A stretch of DNA of 64,000 bases, taken from Armatimonadota bacterium. GTDB lineage: Bacteria; Armatimonadota; SYMT01. Position 1 is the first letter of the stretch. Every line of letters starts with the position of its first letter. Positions 42,064 through 52,293 of the stretch are shown here, piece by piece. The stretch spans positions 1 to 64,000 of the forward strand of contig JBKBRF010000025.1 in the NCBI GenBank assembly GCA_046292385.1. Direction: 5' to 3'. The position numbers and the translations under genes are program-made. The notes under the pieces were generated by a model. It saw only the letters and a program-made list of their open reading frames with translations, was not told the DNA's origin and ran no database searches.

Positions 42064-42491
42064 GGTCTAGGGTTTAGGGTGTAGGACGTAACCGATGGCG
42101 TTGAACTCTTACCGTGAGCTAAGCGTTTGGCAGAGGGGGATGGACCTCGCCGTCGCGTGCTATCGCCTGACACAGGCGTTTCCGCGGGAAGAGCTATTCG
42201 GCCTCACCAGCCAGATCCGCCGCTCCGCCGCCGCAATCCCGGCCAACATCGCGGAAGGCTACGGCCGCGGGCACCGTGCCGAATACGTGCAGTTCCTCCG
42301 GATCGCCCAGGGCAGCCTGAACGAGCTGGAAACCCACGTCACACTGGCGTCGAAAGTAGAACTGCTCCACAACGATGCAGCTGGGCCCGTTCTGGCCCAG
42401 TGCGACGAACTGGGAAAGATGCTCGCCTCCCTCCTCCGCTCCCTCCAGCGGGAGAGTGGAGCTACACCCTAAACCCTAGACCCTAAACCCT
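42061..42491. mobile_element. Putative cassette: perfect 24-bp inverted repeats of the TAGGGTN heptamer flanking a four-helix-bundle gene
   Basis: 42061-42084 TAGGGTCTAGGGTTTAGGGTGTAG is the exact reverse complement of 42462-42485; mobility is inferred, not shown. Confidence 0.65.
42095..42472 (+). CDS. Four helix bundle protein (23S rRNA IVP / bAvd-like family)
   Basis: SYREL.VWQ..M.L, FPREELFGLTSQIRRS..IPANIAEG.GR, FL.IA.GSL.ELET. Confidence 0.93.
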   Translation: MALNSYRELSVWQRGMDLAVACYRLTQAFPREELFGLTSQIRRSAAAIPANIAEGYGRGHRAEYVQFLRIAQGSLNELETHVTLASKVELLHNDAAGPVLAQCDELGKMLASLLRSLQRESGATP

Positions 42492-42535
42492 GCGCGCTTC
42501 GCCACTCGTGCGATGATGACGAAAGCGACACCACC

Positions 42536-44029
<1,494 letters not shown>

Positions 44030-44126
44030 CGGTGGTATCGAGAGCGACCGTAGGCCCGGCCAGTTACAGGGCAGTGTCTTAAGCGGTGCTGGCGAGTCCC
44101 GAGATCGGAGTACGGAGAACTTACCA

Positions 44127-44510
44127 GTGGGCGTGTCGCTATTCGATCGAAAGACTGACGAGATCGTCTTCGACATCAACTTCTGGCACTACCGCGCTAT
44201 CGTAGAAGCTGTTCGCTCTTTGGGCGTTCTGCCTGATGAGCAAGTCGATCGCCTGCACGAGTCCTGGCAGGGCAACGGCTTAACCACCGAAGAAGCACGG
44301 CTTGTTGCGGCGGCAATGCGTGAACGGCTACTGCCAGCGCTCACCGGGGACGAGCGATTGCTTCTGGACGGACGACGGACGGAGGAGCCAGACGACGGCA
44401 CGTTTTATCGGGAGCCCGACGAGCAACACAAGAACTACAGCACCAACCGAGACGTGCTGGAGGAGTTCGTCCGGTGCTGCGAGACGTGTAACGGTTTCAG
44501 GGTATGCTGA
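44127..44510 (+). CDS. Hypothetical protein (lower GC)
   Basis: GGAG RBS, GTG start, protein-like composition, C-terminal CETCNGF. Confidence 0.6.
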   Translation: MGVSLFDRKTDEIVFDINFWHYRAIVEAVRSLGVLPDEQVDRLHESWQGNGLTTEEARLVAAAMRERLLPALTGDERLLLDGRRTEEPDDGTFYREPDEQHKNYSTNRDVLEEFVRCCETCNGFRVC

Positions 44511-44654
44511 GCGACAGTGATTCGTCTGCTTGCTTCGTGGTCCGGGAGGCTTCCGAGACCCCTCCTTAGTGCTGGATGAGGTAAGCAACAGGCGTGGCAT
44601 CCGCTCGCTCTTCACCGGATTACAGTCGAGTTCCAATGATGGAGAGCCTGGTTG

Positions 44655-45491
44655 ATGTCACCCTGCGCCATCGTGAACGCGGGGCCGGGGGCATGGGCGT
44701 TCGAGGAGATCGCGGGGCGGCTCTCTCGGGTGCTCTGGCTGGAGGTCGCCTCCGAGCCGGCCGAGCGGAGCTACTTGCTGGGATGGGATGATCCGGATCC
44801 GCCGGAGACGGAGCTGTTCATCCCGTTCCAGGCGGTCGTTCTCGCCTCGGACAAGCGGCTGCAGGCGGAGCTGTTCCGGCGGCACGGGATCGCCTGTCCC
44901 CGCACGGAGCTGCTCCCCTCCCCGGCCGAGGTGGAGCGGTTCCTGCGCCGCGAAACCGGTTCCCCGTGGGTGTTGAAGTACCCCACCGGCTGCGGCGCCT
45001 CCGGCCACCGGCTGATCGGCGCCGGCGATCCGGTCCCGGCCGACTGGCCGCGTCCCTACGTGCTCCAGGAGCTCGTTCGGATGGAGCGGCCGGAGGTCTA
45101 TCGCCAGTACGGCGCCGGTGGTGAGACTTTTGGCTGGAACGTGCGGCGGTTTCCCGCGGGAGCGCGCCCGTCTCCGTGGGTCGCCCACGCCCGCGGCGCG
45201 CGGTACGAGCTGCCGGGCGACGCTCCGCCCGAGGCGGAGGAGCTGGCGCGGCAGACCCTCCAGGCCGCCGGGCTGCTCGACTCGTTCGGCTGCGTCGACC
45301 TCTTGCGAAACGAGGCGGGCCGGTGGCTCGTGCTGGAGGTCGGCACCGACGGTGTGTTCAACCACGTCGACCGCGACCTGGGTCTCCCGCGCGAGGAGGC
45401 CGAGCTGGACCAACGGCTGGCGGAGGCGTTCTGGTCCGGGTCCTCTCGGAAGCCGTGGGGCAGCGGTCCCTACCGGCCTCGAGCCGCCTGA
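44655..45491 (+). CDS. ATP-grasp (RimK-like) protein
   Basis: ASDKR, WVLKYP.G.G, YVLQE, GCVD, VLEV. Confidence 0.75.
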   Translation: MSPCAIVNAGPGAWAFEEIAGRLSRVLWLEVASEPAERSYLLGWDDPDPPETELFIPFQAVVLASDKRLQAELFRRHGIACPRTELLPSPAEVERFLRRETGSPWVLKYPTGCGASGHRLIGAGDPVPADWPRPYVLQELVRMERPEVYRQYGAGGETFGWNVRRFPAGARPSPWVAHARGARYELPGDAPPEAEELARQTLQAAGLLDSFGCVDLLRNEAGRWLVLEVGTDGVFNHVDRDLGLPREEAELDQRLAEAFWSGSSRKPWGSGPYRPRAA

Positions 45492-45680
45492 ACGCGGGAT
45501 CCAAGCGCACCTGGAGAAGGTAATCCAGGCTCCTGGTGCCTAACATGGCGCAAGGGGGCGGGCGACAGCATCCGAAGCCAGCCCCGACTCCAGTTCTTAC
45601 TCCTGTTCCTACCCGACGGCGGATCGAATCCGAGTCCGCTGTCGAGTCAGGGCGGTGAGCTATCTGAGAAAACCAACGCG

Positions 45681-46832
45681 ATGAAGCTTCTCCTCACTCC
45701 CGTCGCCCTGGCTGCCGCCGCAGCGGCCGCGGTGGCGCTGACTGCCGCGCCGGCGGCCCAGAGCGCCCAGGCCGGCGTCAAGCGGACGCAGTTCGGCACG
45801 CTGGAAGACGGCCGCCGAGTCGATCTCTACACCCTCACCAACCAGAACGGCCTGGTCGCGAAGATCACCACCTACGGCGCCATCCTGACGGAGCTGCACG
45901 TGCCGGACAAGAACGGCAAGCTCGGCAACGTGGTGCTCGGCTTCAACAAGCTGCAGCCCTATCTCGACGGCAGCCCGTTCTTCGGCGCCACCACCGGCCG
46001 GGTGGCGAACCGCATCGCCAAGGGGCAGTTCAAGCTCGACGGGCGGACCTACCGGCTCGCGGTAAACAACGGCCCGAACCACCTGCACGGCGGCGAGAAG
46101 GGCTTCGACAAGGTGCTCTGGACCGCCGCGCCGATCGCCTCGCCGCACGGTCCGGCGGTCGAGTTCCGCTACCGCAGCCCGCACATGGAAGAGGGCTACC
46201 CGGGCAACCTCGACACGGCGGTCGTCTACACGCTCACCAACAAGAACGAGCTGCGGCTGGATTACACCGCCACCACCGACCGCGCTACGCCGGTCAACCT
46301 GACCCACCACAGCTACTTCAACCTGGCCGGCTCCGGGAAGATCCTGGACCACGTGCTCTACCTGAACGCGAACCGATACACGCCGTGGGACGACACCTTC
46401 ATCCCCACCGGCAAGATCGCCAGCGTCAAGGGCACCCCGTTCGACTTCACCAAGCCGACGCGGATCGGCTCCCGCTTCAACCGGCTCCGTCCGAACGCGG
46501 CGACGGGCGACCCGGGCGGCTACGACCTGAACTACGTCCTGAACGGCGGGGGCAAGTCGGTGGCGCTCGCGGCGCGCGTCAGCGAGCCGAAGACCGGCCG
46601 CGTGATGGAGATCTACACCGACGAGCCGGGCATCCAGTTCTACACCGGCAACTACCTGGACGGCACCCTCAAGGGCGTCGGCGGGGTCACCTATACCAAG
46701 AACAGCGGCCTCTGCCTGGAGACCCAGCACTACCCCGACTCGATCAACCAGCCGAACTTCCCGTCGGTCGTGCTGCGTCCGGGTCAGATCTACCGGCAGA
46801 CCACGGTCCACCGCTTCAGCGCCGGCAAGTAA
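45681..46832 (+). CDS. galM: Aldose 1-epimerase, secreted
   Basis: GATTGRVANRI, NHLHGG, GYPGNL, NLTHHSYFNL, QFYTGN, CLETQH.PD. Confidence 0.95.
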   Translation: MKLLLTPVALAAAAAAAVALTAAPAAQSAQAGVKRTQFGTLEDGRRVDLYTLTNQNGLVAKITTYGAILTELHVPDKNGKLGNVVLGFNKLQPYLDGSPFFGATTGRVANRIAKGQFKLDGRTYRLAVNNGPNHLHGGEKGFDKVLWTAAPIASPHGPAVEFRYRSPHMEEGYPGNLDTAVVYTLTNKNELRLDYTATTDRATPVNLTHHSYFNLAGSGKILDHVLYLNANRYTPWDDTFIPTGKIASVKGTPFDFTKPTRIGSRFNRLRPNAATGDPGGYDLNYVLNGGGKSVALAARVSEPKTGRVMEIYTDEPGIQFYTGNYLDGTLKGVGGVTYTKNSGLCLETQHYPDSINQPNFPSVVLRPGQIYRQTTVHRFSAGK

Positions 46833-46854
46833 CGCGCGCAGATCGGCCGAACCA

Positions 46855-46886
46855 ACGAAGCCCCGGGACCGCTCCCGGGGCTTCGT
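46855..46886 (+). terminator. Terminator hairpin after galM
   Basis: ACGAAGCCCCGGGA-ccgc-TCCCGGGGCTTCGT. Confidence 0.7.
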
Positions 46887-46905
46887 CTTGTGGCGAAGCA
46901 ATCTG

Positions 46906-47211
46906 AGGAGCCTGGAGGCGCTGCCGAAGGCAGTGGTGCAAGGCTCCCCTTGTGAAGGCCCCTAGCGAGGGGCCTTTGCTTGAGCCGGACGGAGCGGCCC
47001 GTGAACCGCAGCCCTGGAGCAACCGCAGCCAGCGGTCGCGGAGCTCAGGCTACCGGCGAGCACGCCCGGACCAGCCCGCTAGCGGAGGCGCAGCCGGAGC
47101 GTGAAAGGGCTGTGGGAGGGCCAAGCACGCGTGAGGGCCGCTCCGGGAGGTGAGGGCACGGGGTGGAACTGCGGCGAGATCACGCTCTCGGGCAGTCAGC
47201 GACTGAATCCG
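46906..47211 (+). ncRNA. Unidentified structured element, copy A (RNA or ssDNA; ends approximate)
   Basis: Colinear conserved blocks and covarying stems shared with 62026-62395. Confidence 0.6.
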
Positions 47212-47236
47212 ACATCAAACTAGCCAGGTAACCGCC

Positions 47237-48628
47237 ATGCGAACTATCCTCCCCCTCCTCCTCGCCACGCCGCTTCTCACAGCCGCAGCGCTCCCCGCCG
47301 GAAGCGCGGGAAGCGCCCCACGCGACACTAAGCCCCGCGTGCTCGTGCTCACCGACATCAGCAGCCTCACCGCCGGAGTGCGGGAGCCGGACGACGGCCA
47401 GTCGCTGATCCGCTTCCTGCTCTACAGCTGCCATTGGGACGTGGAAGGGCTGGTCGCCAGCTCGAACATGGGGCACGGGCAGGTGGTCCGCCCGGAGCTG
47501 ATCCGGCAGGCAGTCGAGGCGTACGGAAAGGTGCTGCCGAACCTCCGGAGGCACCACCCGGGCTACCCTTCCGCGGCGGCGCTCATGAACGTCGTCAAGG
47601 CGGGCCAGCCGGTTGCCGATCGCGGCGTGCCGGTGGAGCGGAGCGTGGGCGAGGGGAAGGACACGGAGGCGTCCGAGTGGATCATCCGCCAGGTCGACCG
47701 CCGCGACGACCGGCCGCTCTGGGTGCTGATCTGGGGCGGCTCCGCGGACCTGGCGCAGGCGCTCTGGAAGGTGCGGCAGACCCGCACGCCGGCGGAGGCG
47801 GAGCGCTGGATCTCGCGGGTGCGCGTCCACTCGATCGGCGACCAGGACAGCACCGGCCCGTGGATCCGGGAGCAGTTCCCCACCCTCTTTACCGTGCTGC
47901 GGGGGCGCGCGATCCGCGGGATGTACCGCGGCGGCGACCGCTCCCTCGTCTCGCCGGAGTGGGTGGAGGAGCACGCGCGGAACGGGCACGGACCGCTCGG
48001 CGCGCTCTACCCGAACTACAACGGCGGCGACATCTTTCCCGGCCCGGTCCGCGGGATCAAAGAGGGCGATACTCCCTCGTTCCTCTCGCTCATCCCGAAC
48101 GGCCTGGGCGACCCCGCGCACCCGGAGTGGGGCGGCTGGGGCGGGCGGCTGCGCGTGGAGGGCGAGCGGGAGAACCTGCTGAGCGACGCCATCGACCCCC
48201 ACCCGGACAACGAGAAAGACCACGACCCTCGGATGTCCGGCGTCTACCGCTGGCGGGAGGCGTACCAGGCCGACTTCCAGGCGCGGCTCGACTGGTGCGT
48301 CCGCCCCTACGCCGAGGCGAACCACCCGCCGAAGGTAGAGGTCGCCGGAGCGCTCCGCCGGACGGTCCGGCCCGGCCAGTCCGTCACGCTCGACGCCGGC
48401 CGGTCCACCGATCCGGACCGCGACCGCCTCACCTACCGCTGGCTCCTCCACGAGGCGGGCAGCTACGCCGGACCCGTCGAGATCAGCGACGCCTCCTCCG
48501 CCCGCGCGCGCCTCACCGTCCCGGCCGACGCCGCCGGACGCACGCTCCACGTAGTGGTCGCCGTGCGGGACGACGGCACGCCGGCGCTCACCCACTACCG
48601 GCGCGTGGTGCTCGACTGCCGGCCCTGA
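47237..48628 (+). CDS. DUF1593 (nucleoside hydrolase-like) protein, secreted
   Basis: KPRVLVLTDI, EPDDGQSLIRFLLY, WGG..DLAQAL, KEGDTPSF, GGWGGR, FQARLDW, ANHPP. Confidence 0.9.
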   Translation: MRTILPLLLATPLLTAAALPAGSAGSAPRDTKPRVLVLTDISSLTAGVREPDDGQSLIRFLLYSCHWDVEGLVASSNMGHGQVVRPELIRQAVEAYGKVLPNLRRHHPGYPSAAALMNVVKAGQPVADRGVPVERSVGEGKDTEASEWIIRQVDRRDDRPLWVLIWGGSADLAQALWKVRQTRTPAEAERWISRVRVHSIGDQDSTGPWIREQFPTLFTVLRGRAIRGMYRGGDRSLVSPEWVEEHARNGHGPLGALYPNYNGGDIFPGPVRGIKEGDTPSFLSLIPNGLGDPAHPEWGGWGGRLRVEGERENLLSDAIDPHPDNEKDHDPRMSGVYRWREAYQADFQARLDWCVRPYAEANHPPKVEVAGALRRTVRPGQSVTLDAGRSTDPDRDRLTYRWLLHEAGSYAGPVEISDASSARARLTVPADAAGRTLHVVVAVRDDGTPALTHYRRVVLDCRP

Positions 48629-48632
48629 GGCT

Positions 48633-48713
48633 GTTGCACGTTGGCAAGTTGGCAGGTTTCAGGTTCCGAACCCCGCTCGCCGTGAGCCAGAACCTGCAAC
48701 CTGACAACTTGAA
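48633..48713. repeat. Hairpin element with 7/8-mer arms (GTTGGCAR / AACCTGC)
   Basis: GTTGCAC GTTGGCAA GTTGGCAG GTTTCAG GTTC ... GAACCTGC AACCTGAC AACTTGAA. Confidence 0.75.
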
Positions 48714-48741
48714 TCCGTGAACGCACCGGAACGGAGATTCC

Positions 48742-49446
48742 ATGCCGACCATTGTCGCTCACCGCGGGGGCGCCGGGCTGGCGCCGGAGAACACGCTCCC
48801 TGCCTTCCGGAACGCGCTGCGGCTCGGGGTCCAGGCAGTGGAGCTCGACGTGCGCCTGACCGCCGATGAGGTGCCGGTCTGCTTCCACGACGAGCGGCTG
48901 GGGCGCATCACGCCCGCGCAGGGCCGGATCGCCGACTGGCAGTGGGCGCGGCTGCGGGAGGTGGCGGTGCAGTCGGGCGCCTTTGGCGGGGCCTATCCGG
49001 ACGCCCGCATCCCCTCACTGGAGGAGGTCCTCGCCGGGTTTCCGGGCGACTGCCGCGTGCTGGTCGAGCTGAAGCCGGATCCTGCGCGCGCCGATCTACT
49101 CGTCCGACGGACGCTGGAGGTGATCGGCGGTGCAGCGAGCCGGTGCCGGCTCATCTCCTTCGACCCGGAGCTGCTGCGGCGGGTGCGCGCGGCCTGCCCG
49201 GGCGCGGCGCTCGGAGTGCTTGCGGGGCCGCGGGCGGCGGCGTCGCTCTTCCCGCTGGCCCGGGAACTGGGAGCGGAAGCGGTACAGCCGCAGTCCCGAC
49301 TGGTCGACCCGGCGCTGGTGCAGGCCGCGCGAGAAGCAGGTTTCCTGGTGAACGCCTGGACGGTAAACACAGCTGACGAGGGGCGGCGGTTGGCCGCCCT
49401 GGGAGTGGACGAGATCACCACCGACTATCCGGACCTGTTCCTATGA
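48742..49446 (+). CDS. Glycerophosphodiester phosphodiesterase
   Basis: AHRGG, PENT, VELDV, FHD, VELK, ISFD, AWTVN, ITTDYP. Confidence 0.93.
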   Translation: MPTIVAHRGGAGLAPENTLPAFRNALRLGVQAVELDVRLTADEVPVCFHDERLGRITPAQGRIADWQWARLREVAVQSGAFGGAYPDARIPSLEEVLAGFPGDCRVLVELKPDPARADLLVRRTLEVIGGAASRCRLISFDPELLRRVRAACPGAALGVLAGPRAAASLFPLARELGAEAVQPQSRLVDPALVQAAREAGFLVNAWTVNTADEGRRLAALGVDEITTDYPDLFL

Positions 49447-50720
49447 TCACCGAGTCTGCAAGACTGGCTACTCCCGACGAAGTGCTGCGGCACCTCCGCC
49501 GGAACGCACCGAACCCGGGGCAGGTGCTCCCGGACTACTCGGGATACTCGATCTGCAACGTGAGCCAGTTGATCCTGCGCAACTTCGGGTTGAAGAACCG
49601 CTGTCCGGAGGTGCTGTCCGGCGTGCTCGACCGCACCTACTCCCGCGTGCTGCTGGTGATCATGGACGCCTTCGGCTGGAACCAGCTCCACACCTGGGTG
49701 GACGAGCTGGGGCCGCTGAACCGCTTCTACAGCGCGGCGAAGCGCGTGCCGCTGACGGTGACGTTCCCGTCCACCACCACCGTGGCCCTCACCGGCATCT
49801 ACACCGGCCTCTCCCCCGCGGAGCACACGATTACGGGTCACTACCTCTTCCTCAAAGAAGTGGGCGCGGTGATGGACGTGCTCCGGTTCTCTCCGGCGGA
49901 CGATCCCCGGCGAGAGGTCTACGCGGAGCGCGGGGTCGACGTGCACCGGCTCTTTCCGATGTACACCGTCTTCGAGCCGCTGAAGCAGGCGAGCTTGAAG
50001 GGCCTCTCCCTGACCCGCGGCATCTTCACCAACACGGCGCTCGGCTGGCTCCACCACGTCGGCGCGGACGTGATCGGCTACCTGACGGATGCGGACATGT
50101 TCGTGCACCTGCGCAACACGCTGCGCACCGACCGCCGGGAGGGGCTCACCGTGCTCTACTGGGACGTGGTCGACATGCTCTCCCACGAGTACGGCCCGTT
50201 CTCGGAGATGGTCCGCAGCGCGGTCGACCAGTTCTTCTACGGCCTGGAGCGCGAGGTGCTGCGCGGCCTCACCCGCGAAGAGCGGGCAGACACGCTGATG
50301 CTGCTGGTGGCCGACCACGGCCAGGTCGACGCGCACCCGCACGAGGCGGTCTGCCTTTCGGAAGAGCCGCGCCTGAAGGAGCTGCTCCTGCTCCCCCCGA
50401 CCGGCCAGTCGCGCGCCGCCTACCTCTACGCGGAGCAGGGCAAGGTGGAGGAGCTCGGGGAGGAGCTGCAGCGCTTCGAGGGCCGGCTCTCGATCCGCCG
50501 CAGCGAAGAGGCGCTGCAGGCAGGGCTATTCGGCCCCCCGGAGCACGCCGACCGCATCCGGAGCCGCGTCGGCGACTACCTGGCGATCGGCAGGGGCGGC
50601 GCGCAGCTCCTCGGCGCGGAGGTCCACCGGGACCAGCTCTCGCTCAAGGGCCGCCACGGCAGCCTGAACGAAGACGAGATGCTCGTCCCGCTCCTGGCTG
50701 TGCCATTGGACGTCTTCTGA
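49443..50720 (+). CDS. Alkaline phosphatase superfamily (type I phosphodiesterase-like) protein
   Basis: MDAFG, TFPSTT, D..SH.YGP, VADHG, GRHGSL..DEM.VP. Confidence 0.88.
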   Translation: MITESARLATPDEVLRHLRRNAPNPGQVLPDYSGYSICNVSQLILRNFGLKNRCPEVLSGVLDRTYSRVLLVIMDAFGWNQLHTWVDELGPLNRFYSAAKRVPLTVTFPSTTTVALTGIYTGLSPAEHTITGHYLFLKEVGAVMDVLRFSPADDPRREVYAERGVDVHRLFPMYTVFEPLKQASLKGLSLTRGIFTNTALGWLHHVGADVIGYLTDADMFVHLRNTLRTDRREGLTVLYWDVVDMLSHEYGPFSEMVRSAVDQFFYGLEREVLRGLTREERADTLMLLVADHGQVDAHPHEAVCLSEEPRLKELLLLPPTGQSRAAYLYAEQGKVEELGEELQRFEGRLSIRRSEEALQAGLFGPPEHADRIRSRVGDYLAIGRGGAQLLGAEVHRDQLSLKGRHGSLNEDEMLVPLLAVPLDVF

Positions 50721-50738
50721 GGGACCGGGAACCGGGAA

Positions 50739-50921
50739 TTCACCGCAGAGACGCGGAGAGCGCGGAGAGAACCGGAACCAGGGGAGGGGCCTGGCCCGCC
50801 TGACGAGTCCGGACAGCGGCCCCGAAGTTTGTCACTTCTGGCTCCCCTTTGCGTTCTTGGCGTCTTGGCGGTTCAATCCCGGTTCGGGTTCTCTCCGCGT
50901 CCTCTGCGTCTCTGCGGTGAA
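50739..50921. repeat. Palindromic element with 41-bp imperfect inverted repeats (CGCRGAGR arms) and a nested solo arm
   Basis: 50739-50779 vs 50881-50921 match 37/41 as reverse complements; CTTTGCGTTCTTGGCGTCTTGGCGGTT inside. Confidence 0.8.
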
Positions 50922-50933
50922 GCAGGATCGGGA

Positions 50934-51521
50934 TCAGCAGAGGTCCTGGCGCATCGGCTCCATGGCGCGGCGGAGGGCGCGGAGGGTGCGGCGCATCTGG
51001 CCGGCTACCGCCTGGCGGGTGGTGCCCCACTGGCGGGCGAGGTCGGCCAGGGAGTGGCCCTGGAAGAAGTGCGCCTTGATCAGCTCCTGCTGCTGCGGGC
51101 GCAGGCGGACCATGGCATGGTTCAGCAGCGCCAGCTCCTCGGTGCGGCCGATCTCCCGCTCCGCGCTTTCATCGCGCATCACGTCGACCCACCGCGTCTC
51201 CCCCTCGGAGGTGCCGGTCTCCCGCAGCGCCTCGTCCAGGCTCAGGAGGCGCGCCTGGTGGTTGGAGGCCTGCATCGCCCCGCGCGCGATGGAGCGCTCG
51301 ATCGCCATCGCAGCGAGGGTGGAGAAGCGGAAGCCACGGTCCGGGTCGAACGCCCGGGCCGCGGAGAGGAGGCCCAAGAGCCCCCACGAGACCAGATCGT
51401 CGCGATCGGCGCCGGAGACGGCGTGGCGATCCAAGTAACGGTTCACGCTCCACTCGACCAGACTTCGGTTGTCATTTACCAACCGGCGTACCTCATGGTC
51501 GGGCCGCATCACTGCTGCCAT
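50934..51521 (-). CDS. Sigma-70 family RNA polymerase sigma factor (short)
   Basis: DDLVSWGLLGLLSAARAFDPDRGFRFSTLA (region 2); C-terminal HTH (SLADLARQWGTTRQAV). Confidence 0.85.
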   Translation of the reverse strand: MAAVMRPDHEVRRLVNDNRSLVEWSVNRYLDRHAVSGADRDDLVSWGLLGLLSAARAFDPDRGFRFSTLAAMAIERSIARGAMQASNHQARLLSLDEALRETGTSEGETRWVDVMRDESAEREIGRTEELALLNHAMVRLRPQQQELIKAHFFQGHSLADLARQWGTTRQAVAGQMRRTLRALRRAMEPMRQDLC

Positions 51522-52143
51522 TGCTTGCTTCCTTCCTTGTTCGGATGCCCTCCAGCGCCAGCTCGAAGAGGCGAACCTCATGCTCGGCCAGCGTGCCGGG
51601 GGCGAAGCCGTATGCCCACGTGACCACTGCCTGGAACTGCAGACCCAGAATGAAGCCGGCCAGCTCGCACGGCTCGAGATCGGGGCGGAGCTCTCCGGAC
51701 TGCTGCCCTTCTCGAACCCAGCCCTCTACCATCTCGAAGATCTGCTGGCGGTGCGGCGGCAGCTCTCCCGGCTTCATCCCGCTCAGTGACTTCAAGAGCA
51801 CCGCGCGGGTATGGTCCGGGTCGCGCCCCGGGAACTCCGCCATCAGGGCCAGCCACTGCGCGATCTTCTCGGCAGCGCTCGGCCCGCAGATGCGTCCGTC
51901 CTGGATCGCATCCCGCAAGATCTCCACCTGCAGCTCGCCCATCGCCTGGCAAAGGCTCTCTTTGGTGGCGAAATGGTTGAAGACCGTGCCCCGGGCCACG
52001 TCGGCCCGGTCCGCGATCTCTTCCACCGTCACCTCATCAAACCCCCGCTCCGCGAACAGGTCGAGTGCCGCCTGCAGGATCGTCCGGCGGGTCTCCCGCG
52101 CCTTTCGCTCCCGCCGGCCCTCACGAGCAGCTCCAGCCGTCAT
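51493..52143 (-). CDS. TetR/AcrR family transcriptional regulator
   Basis: RRERK..TR..I..AAL.LF.ERGF..VTVEEIA.RADVARGTVFNHF.TKE. Confidence 0.93.
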   Translation of the reverse strand: MTAGAAREGRRERKARETRRTILQAALDLFAERGFDEVTVEEIADRADVARGTVFNHFATKESLCQAMGELQVEILRDAIQDGRICGPSAAEKIAQWLALMAEFPGRDPDHTRAVLLKSLSGMKPGELPPHRQQIFEMVEGWVREGQQSGELRPDLEPCELAGFILGLQFQAVVTWAYGFAPGTLAEHEVRLFELALEGIRTRKEASNGSSDAARP

Positions 52144-52261
52144 TTGGTTTCTGCCTGTCGTTCCCCAAGCCCAGGACAGTCCGGAAGCCGGGTCAGGCAC
52201 CCGTGCTTAGCCGTTAGTCTATCACTGGACTCCAGGCGGATTTTATGCCGCCGTCTATCGG

Positions 52262-52293
52262 TGACCCGCGGTCATTATAAGACCCAAGTTCAA
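52262..52293 (-). promoter_or_regulatory. Putative tetR promoter: TATAAT flanked by TGACC-N3-GGTCA operator(s)
   Basis: Minus strand reads TTGAACTTGGGTCT-TATAAT-GACCGCGGGTCA. Confidence 0.6.

Noticed and set aside
42061..42491. TTTAGGG/CCCTAAA resembles the plant telomere repeat (contamination or chimera)
   Set aside because: Only 3-4 variable units, arranged as inverted repeats and integrated with bacterial stop codons
45580..45652. Long imperfect hairpin upstream of galM
   Set aside because: Single copy, no conserved motif recognised, plausible by chance at this GC content
46906..47211. Words resembling RNase P (GCTTGAGCC, GTGAAAGGG), SRP or 23S rRNA (GTGAACC)
   Set aside because: Order is not colinear; diagnostic motifs (GAGGAAAGTCC, CAGG-GGAA-GCAG, group II domain V) are absent
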